Assembly: GCF_008831285.2 (NCBI RefSeq)
Contig: NC_045138.2
Coordinates: forward strand, 13,578,001 to 13,642,000
Origin: Nymphaea colorata
Taxonomy: Eukaryota
Direction of reading: 5' to 3'
Length of the DNA stretch: 64,000 bases
Below the pieces are notes generated by a model. That model was not told where the DNA came from and ran no database searches. It was given only the letters and a program-made list of their open reading frames with translations. A program made the translations under genes and the position numbers. This document shows, piece by piece, positions 13,701 through 27,713 of this stretch. Each line of letters starts with the position of its first letter. The first letter of the stretch is position 1.

Positions 13701-16700
13701 GGCACAATAATATATTGAGAAATTTCCATTCTCTTGACGTTCCGAAAAATATTGTAATATTTCCTTGACTTTAGTTATAGAATTTTTTTCTATAGAACTG
13801 TAATGTTTCCGAAACATCACAAGCATTCACAATTATGCTCATCACTACCACACAAAAGCACATCCACTATACCAATGCCAACAATTTTCTCCCCAAGTTC
13901 TTAAATTCAGAAGTTGGGAACAGGTTGTTCAACAACCTAAAAACTCATTGCAACCAGGCAGTCCGACTTGGTCCAAGTCATTTGACTATAAAGTATAAAC
14001 AAATAAATACATATATTTATATGGAAATAAGTAAATAAACATATTTATCATGCACAGAATGTGCATGTAGCCATGGAGTTTGAGTCTTTGACAGGTTGGG
14101 ATTGGTCGAATAATCAAATGACTAAACTGACTAGTTGACTAGTCCGACCAACTAGGTGCTGGTATGAAACAAACACAGGTCAGTTGATAACCGACTCAAC
14201 TGACCTGTCGGACTATTCGGAATTTTGACAATTAAGTGTCTCTGTCACGTAATTTATCCTCATCTTCATTAAACATAATGCTATCAGCAGATTTTCAGTT
14301 AGAACCACCACGCTCTCCAGCTAGCCTGCTTACAGTACCTGCGAATGACATGAGCGATGAGGTTCGTTACTGAAACCTAACATGTTTAACCTTCTAACAA
14401 GGTTTTCCCAAAACATGAAAGAAGAAACATACAATTATAAGGCCAGATCATTTCTTGTGCCACACATCAAGATTACTCATAAAAGTGACAGCATTATGCA
14501 GGCGCAATATAGCTGACTCAGCATTCTGAGAGAATAATTATGACAAAAGCTCTTAATCCTTATTAATTACATAATAAAGAAAAGTTAAATATTAGGCGCC
14601 AATCAAAGTCAACAATATAAACCTAAAAGGCAAAACGTAAATGAAGCACCTGCAAGGCAGATGAATCATAAGTTCATATACCAAAGAACAAGGACACACC
14701 GCAGGACTACAAGTCTACAATGAAGAACAAGACATACTATTGAAGCTACCCAAAAAGAATCATGATTGGCAGTTGCACATCTTGCACACATTGGGAAAAG
14801 AAAAGACAATGCAAAAAATAGAGAATATGCCTCCCACGGAGACAAGGTTCCAAGGCATCAGACGACCTTCCAATCAGACACAACAACATAAGCATGGACA
14901 AGCAATTAAAAACTAAGCATTTACCTGGAAAACCCTAACAAGAGCCTTGCCTTTATGTTTTCTCTTTCTTAACCAATAATCATATACCACATTAACTTTG
15001 TCCTTTTCCAACAAATCAGTACAAAGGCCAGTAACCACATCGATGTTAGAGATGTCATCTGACTGTCTGAACGCAATCTTCTCCAGTCTATCCATGACCT
15101 TCTCAAATTCATCTGCAGCAATATGCTTGCAAGTATCAAGTTCTCTGTGTTCACAACCCTCATCATGCCCCCTTAATTCATTGAGCCACCTTTCATCATC
15201 AGAGTCGATATCATATATCACAGAGTCATCAGCAAGAGCTCTCCCAATTTCATCATCCACATCAGTGATATACTCAGACGGACGCACAAAGCTAGCAGAG
15301 TAAGTTGACTCATAGTCAGGTACTTCACGCACTACAGGAGTTGGAATAAACCTGACTGGCGTTGACACTGCATTCCTCTCAACACATTCCTTGTATAGTT
15401 CCTTAAAGACAACCCAATCATTTCTATCATAAAACTCAAGCTTCCAACCCCTTGGACCCTTTTCACCCGTCCACATCATGGCATGTGTGTAACGGTTAGA
15501 TGTGCAAGGCCTCATCTCATGTGGTTTGTGTAGGTACCTTGTCAAGCCATGATTTTTAACAGCAAGAAGCCATTCTTTAGATTCAGATGCCTCTAACGTA
15601 ATGCAAGCACCAGTTTCTCTCCAACATCTATCATGGTCGACAACCAAGATGTTTGCCTTGCACGATGCAGTGTCAATATTTTGCTTCAAACCTTCTAACA
15701 GAATTCTTAGTCCCTTAATCTTCTCAAAGCTCCTATTTCTCAATGACATATCGGACATCAGCAGAGGGCTCTTGGTTTCATTCATTAACACATTCAGACG
15801 ATCCTTTAAAGGCGAACGTCTGATGGCTCTGACAGTATGTGGCGAACTCCTCTTCTTTTGGTGATTTAGAAATTTTGATCTAGCCGAAACAATTGAGTAT
15901 CGTTTTTTTTTCAAAGTAGCAGTTCCAGCAACCCCTGAAAAGTTTTGTGATTGAGAATCTTCAGAACTCTTTGCAGATACCAAATCATGTGCAGCACTCA
16001 AGTACCATCCAGTCATCCACCTCCACGAATGCATTTTAGAACCAAAGAGCATCATATCGGCGTGCATATGCATAAAAAATGTTGGTAAAGCAGCAAAGTT
16101 TAAGGATAGCAAGGGAACAGATCCGTAAGCCCCGAAGATTGCACAAATACCAGGATCAGCGAGTCGTCTAGATCGACACTTAAGGGCCAAAAGGTTTTCT
16201 TTAGCAATACTCTCCTGTAACATAGCCAGCATGGTCGAGCACCAATCTAGCATACAGCCACATTGCTGAAAATAGTTTCCAAAAAGATAAACAATTAACG
16301 GATGCAGCCAAAAAATATTATACGGATACAAATAATAGAAAAAGACAACAGATAACAAAGAATGTAGGGATGTTAGAAGTCAAAAGTAATAATAACAATA
16401 ATGCAAAAACAGAAGAGGAAAAACTCAGGAAAAACATTGGAGCAAATACTTACCCTCAAACTATCGGTAATCTCCTCACCGGAAACGTCGAGGGCGGTTA
16501 TCCCTCTATTCTTGACACAAAGACACTTGTCGAGCTTCACGGAACGAAGAAGAGGCACAAAAAGTATGCCGTGGTCAGAGAAGACAGAAGCTATCGATTC
16601 CAGGAACAAAAACCAAGCAAAACTGTACACCTTGAATCCTGGTTTCCCAATCGAACGCAAAACTGAAACCAGAAAATTTGCAAAATAACATGAATTGCTG

Positions 16701-17497
16701 TAAGAAGGCTCTACTATGCAAGCAAGCATCGCATGGCGAGAATTCTTTTGCCAGAAATTCTGATAGGAGACACCCATCCCCGTTCCTATCTCATTCTCAT
16801 CCAGCCCCGATGAGAGTCTTTTTGCAAAAAGAGCAATCTCCCTGATGCAGTTCCCTGGAATTTCCTTCAGAACTATCAGTTGGGAAGGAGAATTGATCTT
16901 TGAATTTTTGCAAATTTTCCTCCTCTGTTTGCGTGTAAAGGACAAACCATACATTCTATGCTCCTCCGAAGATTGCATCCTTTCGCCATCAGTTAGTCCC
17001 TCCCTCCGCCGTTTCCGACTGTAAGTAATCCCAAACATCCTAAAGTGGCTGCTCACGCCAACAGCGCCCTGGTCAGCAAGCAAGGCTCCACAGCCATCCC
17101 TTCCACCAACCCACTCGGAGAGTTTCTGGCGTGATACGGACGATAGTACAGCCCCAGAATCCCCACCGCCATGCTCCAACCTGCGGAGCTTCCTCTCACT
17201 CCTTTCCTTTCTCCAGGGCAGTAGCCTATCCGCAGCCACATCCCTTCCGTCATTCTTCAAACTCCGAGATTTCTTCTTCTTGTTGTGCTTCGTCTCCTCC
17301 GATTCCCCCTCCGACACATCGCTGGGATTCCCCAGCAACCTGATCCACTCCTCCCCAGACGCGGCCAAAGGCTTCCCAGCCCCCTCGAGCACCAGGCGCT
17401 TCCCGGACCGTAACTCCTTCACCGGCGAGTCCCCGATGTTCCCGACGGTCTTCGGGACAAACACCCTGGTCGACCTCCGCGTGCCCACGGAAGGCAT
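10713..17497 (-). CDS. EPCR2: Enhancer of Polycomb-related (EPL1-domain) chromatin protein, EPCR2/At5g04670-like, ~908 aa
   Basis: Exons 17497-16454, 16265-14925, 11410-11287, 10930-10713 (TAA) join in frame with GT-AG ends. N-terminus MPSVGTRRSTRVF..LRSGKR, CKANILVVDHDRCWRETG, NRYTHAMMW..GWKLEF, EPL1-type YDIDSDDERWL...FEKVMDRLEK...VYDYWLRKRK, and helical C-terminus AISKRRKAQSLMRTADLAVFKS are characteristic of this plant family. Confidence 0.85.
13632..13710. repeat. 21-bp minisatellite, 3 copies plus a partial
   Basis: AAATATTATTTATGACACAAT at 13632, 13653, 13674. Confidence 0.9.
13920..14232. mobile_element. Decayed non-autonomous DNA-transposon-like element in EPCR2 intron 2 with internal inverted repeats
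   Basis: Dense GACTA/GTCGA/CCGAC motifs, internal perfect 13-bp inverted repeat (14175-14208), TTTTGACAA-type end; a similar-style tract lies at ~42850-43150. Confidence 0.35.
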
Positions 17498-17512
17498 GGA
17501 GGCGTCTCGGAA

Positions 17513-18050
17513 CTGCAAAACCCTAGAAACCCTGGCCTGCTTCCCAACAGAAAACAATCCAAAACGCGAACGCCGCTCAGAACCTCCATGCTTCCTCATC
17601 ACCATTCAAAACACAATGGAAACCCTTTCGCTCCCTCATGCGCAAAATCCCGCCAAGATCGGCCATTTAAAGTACGATCGACGCCCCGACGCCCGCCTCT
17701 CGATCTCTCATGGCCAGAAACTCATCTCAGACAGGCCATGAAGAAGAAGAGATCTAGAGATCGCTACGATCTATCTGAGTCCGTCTCTCTCCTTCTCATG
17801 GTTGCATACCGACGACGATTGAACAAGAATTTTGTTCTCGGTAATTTTAGGGTTTTGGGTTCAGAGAGGGGAGAGTGGGGGAGAAGAGAGAGAGTCGGTG
17901 TGAGTGACTGTGATTGGTTCTTAAGGCGTTTCACGTACTTCTTGTTGGTTGCAGTTGCTGCAGAGAGAGAGAGAGGGAGGCTTCTTGGACGAGAGCCTCA
18001 GCCACCACAGAGGGCCCGTGCGCTGGTACGGCGTTAGGGTTTTGGGGAGC
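17513..18050 (-). promoter_or_regulatory. EPCR2-like 5' leader with probable 5'UTR intron and three telo-boxes
   Basis: Acceptor TTTTGCAG| ending at 17513 just upstream of ATG 17497; candidate donors at 17809 or 17938; AAACCCTA 17518-17525 and TAGGGTTT 17848-17855, 18035-18042. Confidence 0.45.
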
Positions 18051-21000
18051 GGAGAATCGTCGCGAACCGTCGGATGGGCTACGGGGACGGTGAAGATGGA
18101 GGAATTTTTGAGGCGCTGTGCTGCCCACCCGGTGGAGGGGCAGAGAGAAAGAAAGCGAGGGTTTTGTTGTGGTTCTTTTACTTTTCAATTCATTTCCCTC
18201 CTCAAAACCCCCCAACCGCCGTTACCCTCCCCAAATGGCCCCTAAATTCCAACAACAATCACCAGATTGACCTTCTCGTCGGATAAATAAAGCCCCGCGC
18301 CCCGCCAACAGAGATCAGCTATCTTGTTGACGGGGACCGAACCGACATAAATAGAAGTGAAATTTAAATCAGAATCATTCTCCCAATTAGAAAATTCGGA
18401 CATCTTTAAAACCTAATAATATATAAATGGCAACAAATTTAAGAAAAGCATGAACGTTTTATTTGATAGTTCCATCTAAAAAAAGTAGATAGAAGTTTGT
18501 CATGTTTTAACTAAATCTGAAAAAGACGCGACCGATTGTATTTAGATCAATTTAAAAATATATGCAAGATTGATAAATCTATAATCACTGTTACAAAAAT
18601 CTCAGCAAATCATTACTTGTGATTGGTCGAACATGTACGTTTAAAGTCAAACGACATGTAAATCGTCGATCTGTGTAATCGGACGACTGATATTAGTTCT
18701 TCAAAGTTCAAGTCTTCGACCACATGGCAATGAATGAACAGTCCCCCCCGCCCCCCCTAGCCCATGTATCGAAACTCGAAGACGTATTATTTAAGTAAGG
18801 TTCATGCTGAATTATACTGGGGAAATTTCACCTATCATGGTTATTATTATTTTGATACACCTTGGCTTTAAGGCAAACACGACCAACCAATATCATCCTG
18901 CTTCGGACACATGATATCAATAAACATAAAAATGAAGCTGCACCATATATATTGTTCATCCAGTCATTAGTGCCGGTCAGTAGTGTACTTAAAAAGAAGG
19001 CCCAAGCAGTCATTACTATGGTCCAGCAAGGATTTTGTTCATCATTTAACTGACCAAGTATAAGTATAAACACAAAATGGACTACTTTCATGTGAAGCTT
19101 CTGCTGGCAATGCCCTTCTATCTTCTTTTCATTCTTCTCCTCCTCCTCCTTTTTCATGTTCATGTGATTGTTGCTTCAAAAGTAGTAAGAGTCCAGTTGA
19201 TGGGCAGGAATAACATTCAAATTTTTGAACATTTTTCTTGCCCATCAAACTTGGGATGAAAAAAAAGTGAACGTTTGTCTGTTTTCAGAAAGTTTTTTTC
19301 TAAAATTTCTTTCTATCTCGAGGGCTGGAAAAAAAATTTCAAGATGAAAAAGTGACCGTTGGATTTTTAATCAATGCTTAATCCAACTATTTTGTTTTTT
19401 CTTCTTTATTTTTGTCAAACCGAGAAATTTATTTCCTGAAACATAAACACCAATGCAATAAACACAAAAAAGATGTTCTGGAAATTTGGATTTCTTTTTC
19501 ATTTCTTTAATTTCTGAAATAAGTTTATAAAAACTTCTTTCCAACTCCATATTTTTAATGCATTAAACAGCCCCCAAAAGACCTATAGACTGAACCCTTG
19601 TGACCGTAGTTAACATTGCTCCCAACTATCCTAAATGCCCATTGACTTGTCTTCAAACACAACATAATACTTTTGTTGGGGCTTCATCTTGGGCGCCCTA
19701 CAATAGCAATGTAATAATCAGTTTCTAGAAAGCTGTGTGCAATACATGTTTTCAAAAACTGAGTGTCCTTAGAACAGTATATTACTCAAATCAAACCCTG
19801 TGCAAGTGATCCTGAACTTCAGTATATTACTCAAATCTGAGTCTTTGAGGATACAGTTGGTCTTGGAATCGGTTTGAAATCGTTGTGTTTAGATTTGATC
19901 TTAATCTAATTTATAATAGGTCGGATCCAATGAAGCTCAAAGAACGTTCCTAGTTGAAATCCACCCTCTATAGCTTCCTTTTTTCCTAAACTAGAGAAGC
20001 TATAGCCTACAACTTTTCAGGTGGAAAGTAGATCCTACGCCCGGCCAGGCCATGGCGTTCAACGAGATCCACCTGTAAAACTTTGGCTTGAAAATCAAAA
20101 GGCTTTAATTTTTTTTTTTCAAGAAGAAATTAGTTAATCAAATAAAGGGCTCAATTAAATCATGTACTGTAAAAGTTAAAACCAGTTCCATCTTTTGAGG
20201 TGGGACTTCTATTTTGGCCTTATTCCATGGAAACTTAAATTTAAATTTTGTCCGATGAGAAAATATAAAGTTTGCATGTAGTCAGGACCAGGGGACCGCA
20301 TATTTTTGGAAGGAAGTGTCTAGGGAAATTTTTTGCTTCCCCACATTCAAACACGGTTTAAGTAAATTTTTTTTTTTTTTCTTCCGGAGGACGTTCACTT
20401 ATTTAATAAAAGCATTTATGAATTTAAACGTCCTTTCGCTTTGGGCCCATTCCTTTGGAAAAGGACGGAAGGATTCTTCTCCCTTTCACATGGAAAGCAG
20501 CAGGGCACATACCTCAACAAAAGTGTCGCTCCCTCTCTCACTACAAAATGGAAAAATAGTTCAGCAAATAATTTACTTTTATTCGGACATTCAAATTCAG
20601 TGGTTGTTTTTTGGATCAAAAAATTTAATCGGAATAAAGACTCGGCATAATTGAATGTGATAAATGGGGGACTTAAGTTAACTCCAAGAAAACCTCGTGC
20701 ATGCAACTTTTACAAGAAAATGCATTTTCTTTTTATCACTTCTTACCGAGTCCAGTCCAGTCCAATCCAATCTCGTTGCCATATTTCTGAGAGAGAAATA
20801 CCACATGATTTTGGGTCAGCACTCTAGATCGGATCTACATTAATATGGATTGGGATTCATATGTAATTTCATTGGTAGCAATTTGGAATTCGAACTCAGA
20901 TCCACTATGTTCCATTCCAAATTCGTAGAAGGCCGTTGGAATGGAGGGAGCCCTTACTGCATCATCTCATCTAATTAAACTCCAACCAACCAACGGCTGA

Positions 21001-22670
21001 AGGTTTAGAGATCAAAGCAGAAAACATGTAGAAACCCAGCTCCTGCAAAAACGTCATGTTCAGTTTTTTCCTAGAAAATCGTTTTCAGCAACTGTTTGTC
21101 ATCTATTTATTTCTTCCAAATTTTATGGGTTTTCTTGGTAAATTTCAGTAATACTTTTGATCGAACTGTTTATCAAAGGGGACAATTATGTGCACTAAAT
21201 TCATGTGAACTGTTTATCGAAAAACTGTGTACCAGAGGAGATTGGAGACCACACTAACACAATAGTTAAGCTCTCGATGCGTCATGGTCGCGATCTTCTT
21301 ATTTTCTAAGACTCTTTCTAATAATTTTTTAATGCATACAGTAGAATAACCAAAAGCATGCGTTAATTTAAGGCTAATAAAACGATTGTCTAACTGTAAG
21401 AGTAAGCCACTGTGGCAAAGAAGTATGTCTGCAATTTTTTCTTCTTGTTACGGAGGTGAAAAATCGATGGTTGGTAAACTACTCCTTCACAACCACTTGG
21501 GTGCTTTTTATCAAGACCTAAAAACGGGGGCATGACACAAATGGTCCCTCAGGCGTCCGGGTTCATGAGATGAGAAGGTGTAAAACAACTATAACGACAA
21601 ACTGCGCTTCGTTGTTCTGATATAATATATACTAAAAAAGTCACCTTGTTATTTACGGTATATCATCCTATTCGTCAACCGGTGGTTGGTGATTGGCTGC
21701 TCGACGAGTAGAAATGCCAATGGAATGTCGGATCTATTTGATTATCGATCAGATTCAGATTCAATATGCAGTTTCCCAGATGAGAATCAAAGCACAGTAC
21801 CTTGATTGTGATCCGATAAAATTTGACCTGATTACACATAAATGTCGGATCTTATGCTAGTTGGATCCAAAATTTGTTTTAGAAAATGAAGCTTTAATCC
21901 AACTCCCAACCTGAATAGGTTAATTTGGATGAAGGCTGGTTCTGACCCGGATCGGAATCGTTTTGGAACGAGAATGCTACTTAAGTTAAGGAGAAAAACG
22001 GACATGGGCACCCGCATCTATCATCGCCGAGCCCGCTACTTTTGTCATATGGGAGCATGGATCCTCATCTAGCAAGTGGTCGTGGGACTGTGGCCCGTTG
22101 TCTTGCAGGATCTAGTGCTTAGGCACCCTAGGTTAGGCATCCACCACAACGTTCGGTGCTCCGTAATTACGGGCATTGGCTTGGAACTTGCAATCAAACC
22201 GGGTTAAATAATTATGCCTGGTTGAAACTGGATTTATCAAAGAGCATCTAGGTTGCAGCGAAGTCATACTTGGACTGGTGCCAGCACCAATCAAATTCAA
22301 GACAGATACTGTTCCTGACGCTTCACGTGTGGATCAATTCTACGAACTGAGCCTGCACAGCTTATAGTACTTTCGAATAACAAGGTTGGGAGACTTCATC
22401 TCCCCGCAGGATTGCATCGGAAGCAAGACATGAGGCCACCGATACCTCAGGTCTTGGGTAGATGGAACCATCGTCTGCGTTGTAAAATATATCTGGTTTT
22501 GGAGCATCAAATTCCTTGAATACAGCAAATCCAATACGGATCAAATTTCCTGTGCATATCACCTATTGAAAATCTGATTAATTGACAGCCGCACAAGAAC
22601 ATAGCCGGTACAAGGCTGAAGTACCTCAGGCGGACATGGATCATTTTTGTGGTGCCTCCTAATCCACCAA

Positions 22671-22955
22671 GTTGATGTCAATAAAATTCAATTTAAATTA
22701 GAGAAAAAATTGATACCCGATTAAGAATTTCAGATCAGATCCAGATATATAAAATAACGTCCAACTAGATTCAAATTCACATTCAAATTTAAGTAAATAT
22801 TGTTTGGAAAAATCGAATTTAGACTTGAATGTTAATAAAAAATCATATTCGGATCAGATTCAGATTATCAGTTGGAATTTTTGATTAGGATATAATACAA
22901 ATTTTTCTTCATCCGAATTTGAATGTGAATACTAATCTGCCTGTATAGATGTCCA
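22671..22955. mobile_element. Decayed MITE-like element rich in GGATC/TTCGGAT/ATCCGA motifs
   Basis: Starts GATGTCAAT, with repeated CAGATC/ATTCGGATC/ATCCGAATTTGAAT motifs; similar-looking tracts at ~3304-3490, ~21715-22020, ~34641-34915 and ~63910-64000. Confidence 0.4.
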
Positions 22956-23331
22956 AAAAGTGGACGTGTTAAGGTACATGTCCGGTTTGAACCAGACCCG
23001 TTTCAGGACGTGCAGCTTGCAACAAAGTTTGAAGCCGCTGACGCTGCGCCAACAAGTTTGCTAGATGTCACGAGGCCCTTGCTAACATAGGCTATATCTG
23101 GTTCTAGAGAAAATAACGCCGACATTTCAGAGCGCGTGGAAACCCGTCGAGAAGACAACCCACAACCACGTTCGTGGGTCATCAGGAAGTACTTTGGAAC
23201 AGAACGCGAATCTACAAATGCAATATAACTGATAGCATTGTATGCAGGATTGGAAAACCAACCAAATCTGATCTATTTGAACCAACATGAGGACGAATAG
23301 AAGAGATGGCCCACCCACAAATCATGAGGTG

Positions 23332-26300
23332 CTAAACTCTTTCCTCAACGATGTACGTCCTAAGTTCCTCACTATTCCACTCCAAAACAATGCTCTCCTT
23401 ATGCATGGTGTGCTTCTGCCCAGCAACATTTGGAAGCACAAATGCACATCTTTCTGACCTGCAACGTGCAATCGTTACTGTCCTCAAGAAAAACCTGCCA
23501 GTAGCCTGCAAAAGGAATACATGAACGGAAAAGGTAATTACGCTGGGTCGTGACTACGGTTGAGGGCACATAACCATCATGGTTCCATATCCTAAAACGC
23601 TTCGGAGGAGCATACAGAAATATAGTGCTACGCTTCCCGCAATTTGGAAGGCCCAGTTCTTTGTCCTGAAAGGTTGGGCCCTGAACGACTAAATGAAACC
23701 CTGAACCTAGGTGCCAAGTGGGACCAGCCTATGACTTTACAACTGGACTGATGACCACGTTTAGTTTGTGGCCATCAGCAGAAAAAGTGCAGACACATAA
23801 GCTGATGAAAAAGATTAACGAATGTATCAACACTTACACTTGGGCTATCAAAGCCACCATCTCTTGCATCACACAAATCCAAAGCCAGTTTCCGTAGCAA
23901 GGGCAACTGCAGTTTCGACAAGGAGTTCTATTAACTACTGAAAACTGGCTTTGTGATTGGTTTAATTGGAAAAGCTTACCTTGGATGCTGCATCTACGAT
24001 GAAGTTCCTCGGAATTCCTGGGCCCTGCATGGGACAGAAGGATAAAAGAAAGCTCAACAACACATGATGGTGCTGGTGTGTGACAAAAATATGCATTTTG
24101 GCGTGAAGAAAGAGAATCTCCAAGCCCAATGAGAGATTGGACAAGCCATTTGGTCGGAATAGTTATTAAACAAGACATGAACTCATCAACACTGAAAAAA
24201 GAGATGATTTTAACCGGTCGGATGATGTTTGAACCAGAGTCTTTCATGTAAAAACTTGATTAATCTCAATATGTGAACAAAGTTTCATTGGGATTGGTTT
24301 TATTCCCTAACCTAACGGCAATTTTTGTTAGGATAGGGTCATGAACTAGAACAATAGCCTAAACTGGAACACTTTTGCGTTGCTTTCTAAATGTATGTTC
24401 TTCAAACATAATGGCATTATGTGATTGCTTTACCAGTTACCTACAAGTCACAATAGTAACAGCAGGCATGATGATTGACGCCCACCTGTAATTCTTACAG
24501 AGATTCTAGGGGGAGGGAGTAGAGAGGGGAATGAATGAATAACTCACATTATGACGCAGCAAGAGGTCTTCCACTGCTTTGCAGTCCATAAGAGAAGAGA
24601 TACCATCCAAAGTCATATTTCCGCAGTCCTAGTTACAGTAAGAAGGCTAAATGTAAAACAGACGGAATATAACCAACAGAAAAAGGTAGAAATAAATGCT
24701 TTTCAAACACAAACAGTCTAACAGAAAAAGGTAGAAATAAATGCTTTTCAAACACGAACAGTCTAACAGCAGGAGGGAGAAAAAGAGAACATGACCAAAA
24801 CAAGAAGAATTTTATCCTTCAGTCCAGTTTAAGAATAACCAAAATGGCAGAAACAGACACATGATTGGAAAGAACAAAACATAGGCAGAAGTATCATGAA
24901 GCCTACAGCAGGAACAGTTTGCATATTATTCTTACATTTTTCATCCTTTTTTCCACAGGTAATATTTACAACCAAAATTTAATGTGACAATAATAAACAC
25001 CAACATACTTCCAAGTGAATTAGTGACAAGCCTGGCCATCCACGTGAGATAATCCCTTGTGAGTCTGTTGAAAGTTAACATATAAATAGCCGTTAGATGA
25101 AGCCAGAATACATATGCAAACTGCCAAGCCAACTGCTAAACAGGTCCACCTAAAGAAAGAAGTTTGCATCCCGATAAGGAAAGCTCAGACAAATTTCTAC
25201 AACTTTGAGTCAACAGGATCAAGTCCATGTCTGTCATCCATGGTGTCACTCTCTGTAGTTTCAACCTCCTTAAGTTAGGCAAAATGATTTTGAAGCTGTC
25301 GGATGTCAAATCACCCAGACAACAGCAAAGTTCAAAGACCTGAAGGTTTTTCAGGGATTGAAAAATGTTTCTCACTGCAGAATCTGAGATAACCTACAAA
25401 TAGAAGAAATTGAATCAGCTCATGCAAGTTGAGCATTTTGTCACTAAACCATGTCAATGTGTAGAGTACTTGAAAACATAGCGAGACAGACTCCAGCAAT
25501 GGACAATGTTTTGGCAGTGAGGCGACTGCTAATTCTCCTAACTGAGCACCAACACCAACGTTTATAGCCTTTAGCATCTGGATGGATGGTTCCAGTATTT
25601 TTAGAGAGGAAGGATAAAATCCCCATCCAAGTCTCAGTTCTTCCCAGGTGAAAACTCTGCTCAGTGCATGATCAAGATTATCTCCATCAGTTGCGCTGCC
25701 GACAAAATCATACTTGGACATACATCCGACACTGTGAAGCCTACCATCTGATGAAGAAAGTTGCCGACAACCTTTTGCTTTCAATACAATCAATTTAGGG
25801 TTTCTTCTAATGATGTAAGCCAATCCATTCCTTGAGACCTACATAACATGCAATTGAGTTACTATCTTAATTTAGAAGAAGGTACATGAATGCAACTCTG
25901 CCTTCAATGAGCAAAACTCAAATTATTATGATCAACAAATACTTGCTCACCAAAATCTTAAAGGTCGAAACCAATAAGAAGGAACCTATGATCCTGAACT
26001 ATATGAGACCATCCCAGGAATATGCTTTTCATGTTCAAAGGTTCAGCTAAGCATGACATTCGCAATGGCTGTGTAAGAAAAAAAAAGCTGGTCCTTACAA
26101 TAAGTTCGATTATGAGTATGAGAATTCAATAATATGACACCTGTTGAGTGTCAAAGGCAAGACATTGCAGTCATGGAACAGTTAAAGCACTTTCAAAACC
26201 ACGAACGAATCAGGCACCAAAAATTAAGTCCTATATTTGAGAATATTTGGTTCATTCCCAGTTATTCTGAACAAATTTATAAAAATCCTTTAATAGGTGC

Positions 26301-27508
26301 TGCATTAAAAAATTCAGAGTGACTAGTTATGAGAGTTCCAGCCGCCAGCAATTGAAGCTAGTGACAGCGAATTACGATTTCCATCAGCCCCTCATTGAAG
26401 AAGCTGCAAGGTACAAATCATATATGTTGCAAATTGGACAGGCATCTCCCAGTGAAATATGGATGGATTAAATGGGCTCAAGCAACAACCTAGGTGTCCT
26501 GTCAAGCTCCACTTTGGACAAAAAACTGTTAAATCTTTGATAACAAATTTTTTGAAAATTTCAAGTTATATTTTCCTTCCGTCTTTGATTTTCCTTAGTT
26601 TTCCAGAATCATTAGTTTGTGCAACCACAAATTTTAGCTGGTTATGTATTGCACATGGTTCTAGGCACTACAATTAAAAATGCAAGGGAAACAAGCTTAC
26701 CATTGTCTCACAAATATCAAGAGCCTCCAGGGAACAGCCCACAAAATGATACAAAACATCATCACCAAGGGCAGTGTCTCTCAAACCCAATTCTTTTAAG
26801 AAAGGTGCATGTTCAAGAAGATGCACAAGAGATGATTGGCTTATACCTGCAAAAAAAAAAAGTTTGAACGTATAAATCAACACAACAAGTGGCCGTTTTC
26901 AATGCTAAAAATTCATATTTAGTGTTTGACTTACTTCTGCAACCACCTACGTCCAACTGTTGTAGTGTAAAGGCCAAAGGCTTTAAGTGCTTGGGATCAC
27001 ACTTTGTGCCAGTGAAACAATCAAAGGATGGAAAACCTGAACAAAGACATGATATTGACAGGTCCCCGAAGTAAGTATCAGCAGCAATAATGGAGGATAG
27101 CTGCTTAAACTTGAATACAGCCTTTGAAATTCCCATGTCGGTCAAGGAAGTGCATCCTTTCAGGTTAAGATGAGATAACAAATTAGCAAGAAGTGATATA
27201 TTTACCAAGTCCGAATCTGCATTATGAAGGAGAAACAAATTAAGTGCTCAGTAACCAACTAACCATTAAAATTCATGCTTGAAGATGGACAATGTCTCTT
27301 TAAATGAAAGAAATATGGAGGAATATGCAGAAAACCAGAAATATATGCACATGGATAGGGGGTCACATTCATTTTGCCTTTCACTCTTGGCTTCTTCCCC
27401 TTGAATGGCAGTCAAGTTGGAAGAGTCTCACCATCTGGGTGCAGACACCAGTGCAAAATATTTCCAAAAAAGTTGGGTAGGAGGACAAACCTGCACGTGT
27501 GTTTGTAT

Positions 27509-27581
<73 letters not shown>

Positions 27582-27674
27582 ATTTTAAACAAACAAAAAC
27601 ATATATTCATTGTTTATGACTTTATATTAATTAAATATAGATTTAGAAGACAAGACATTCAAAAAATGAGTCAG

Positions 27675-27713
<39 letters not shown>

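Noticed and set aside
13632..13710. Short direct repeats as a possible CRISPR-like array
   Set aside because: Head-to-tail minisatellite without unique spacers, in eukaryotic intronic context.
17280..18286. Several 70-153 aa ORFs around the EPCR2 5' end, and the upstream extension of ORF 16373..17605
   Set aside because: GC/GA-rich leader and antisense shadow; the conserved start is MPSVG at 17497, preceded by a splice acceptor.
18932..18941. TGAAGCTGC, matching the 5' end of miR167
   Set aside because: Only 9 nt match; the rest diverges and no complementary star arm is evident.
22020..22660. Moderately GC-rich tract with small ORFs (22340..22562) as a possible pseudogene
   Set aside because: No recognisable motif or splice structure in any frame; BLASTX would be needed to exclude it fully.
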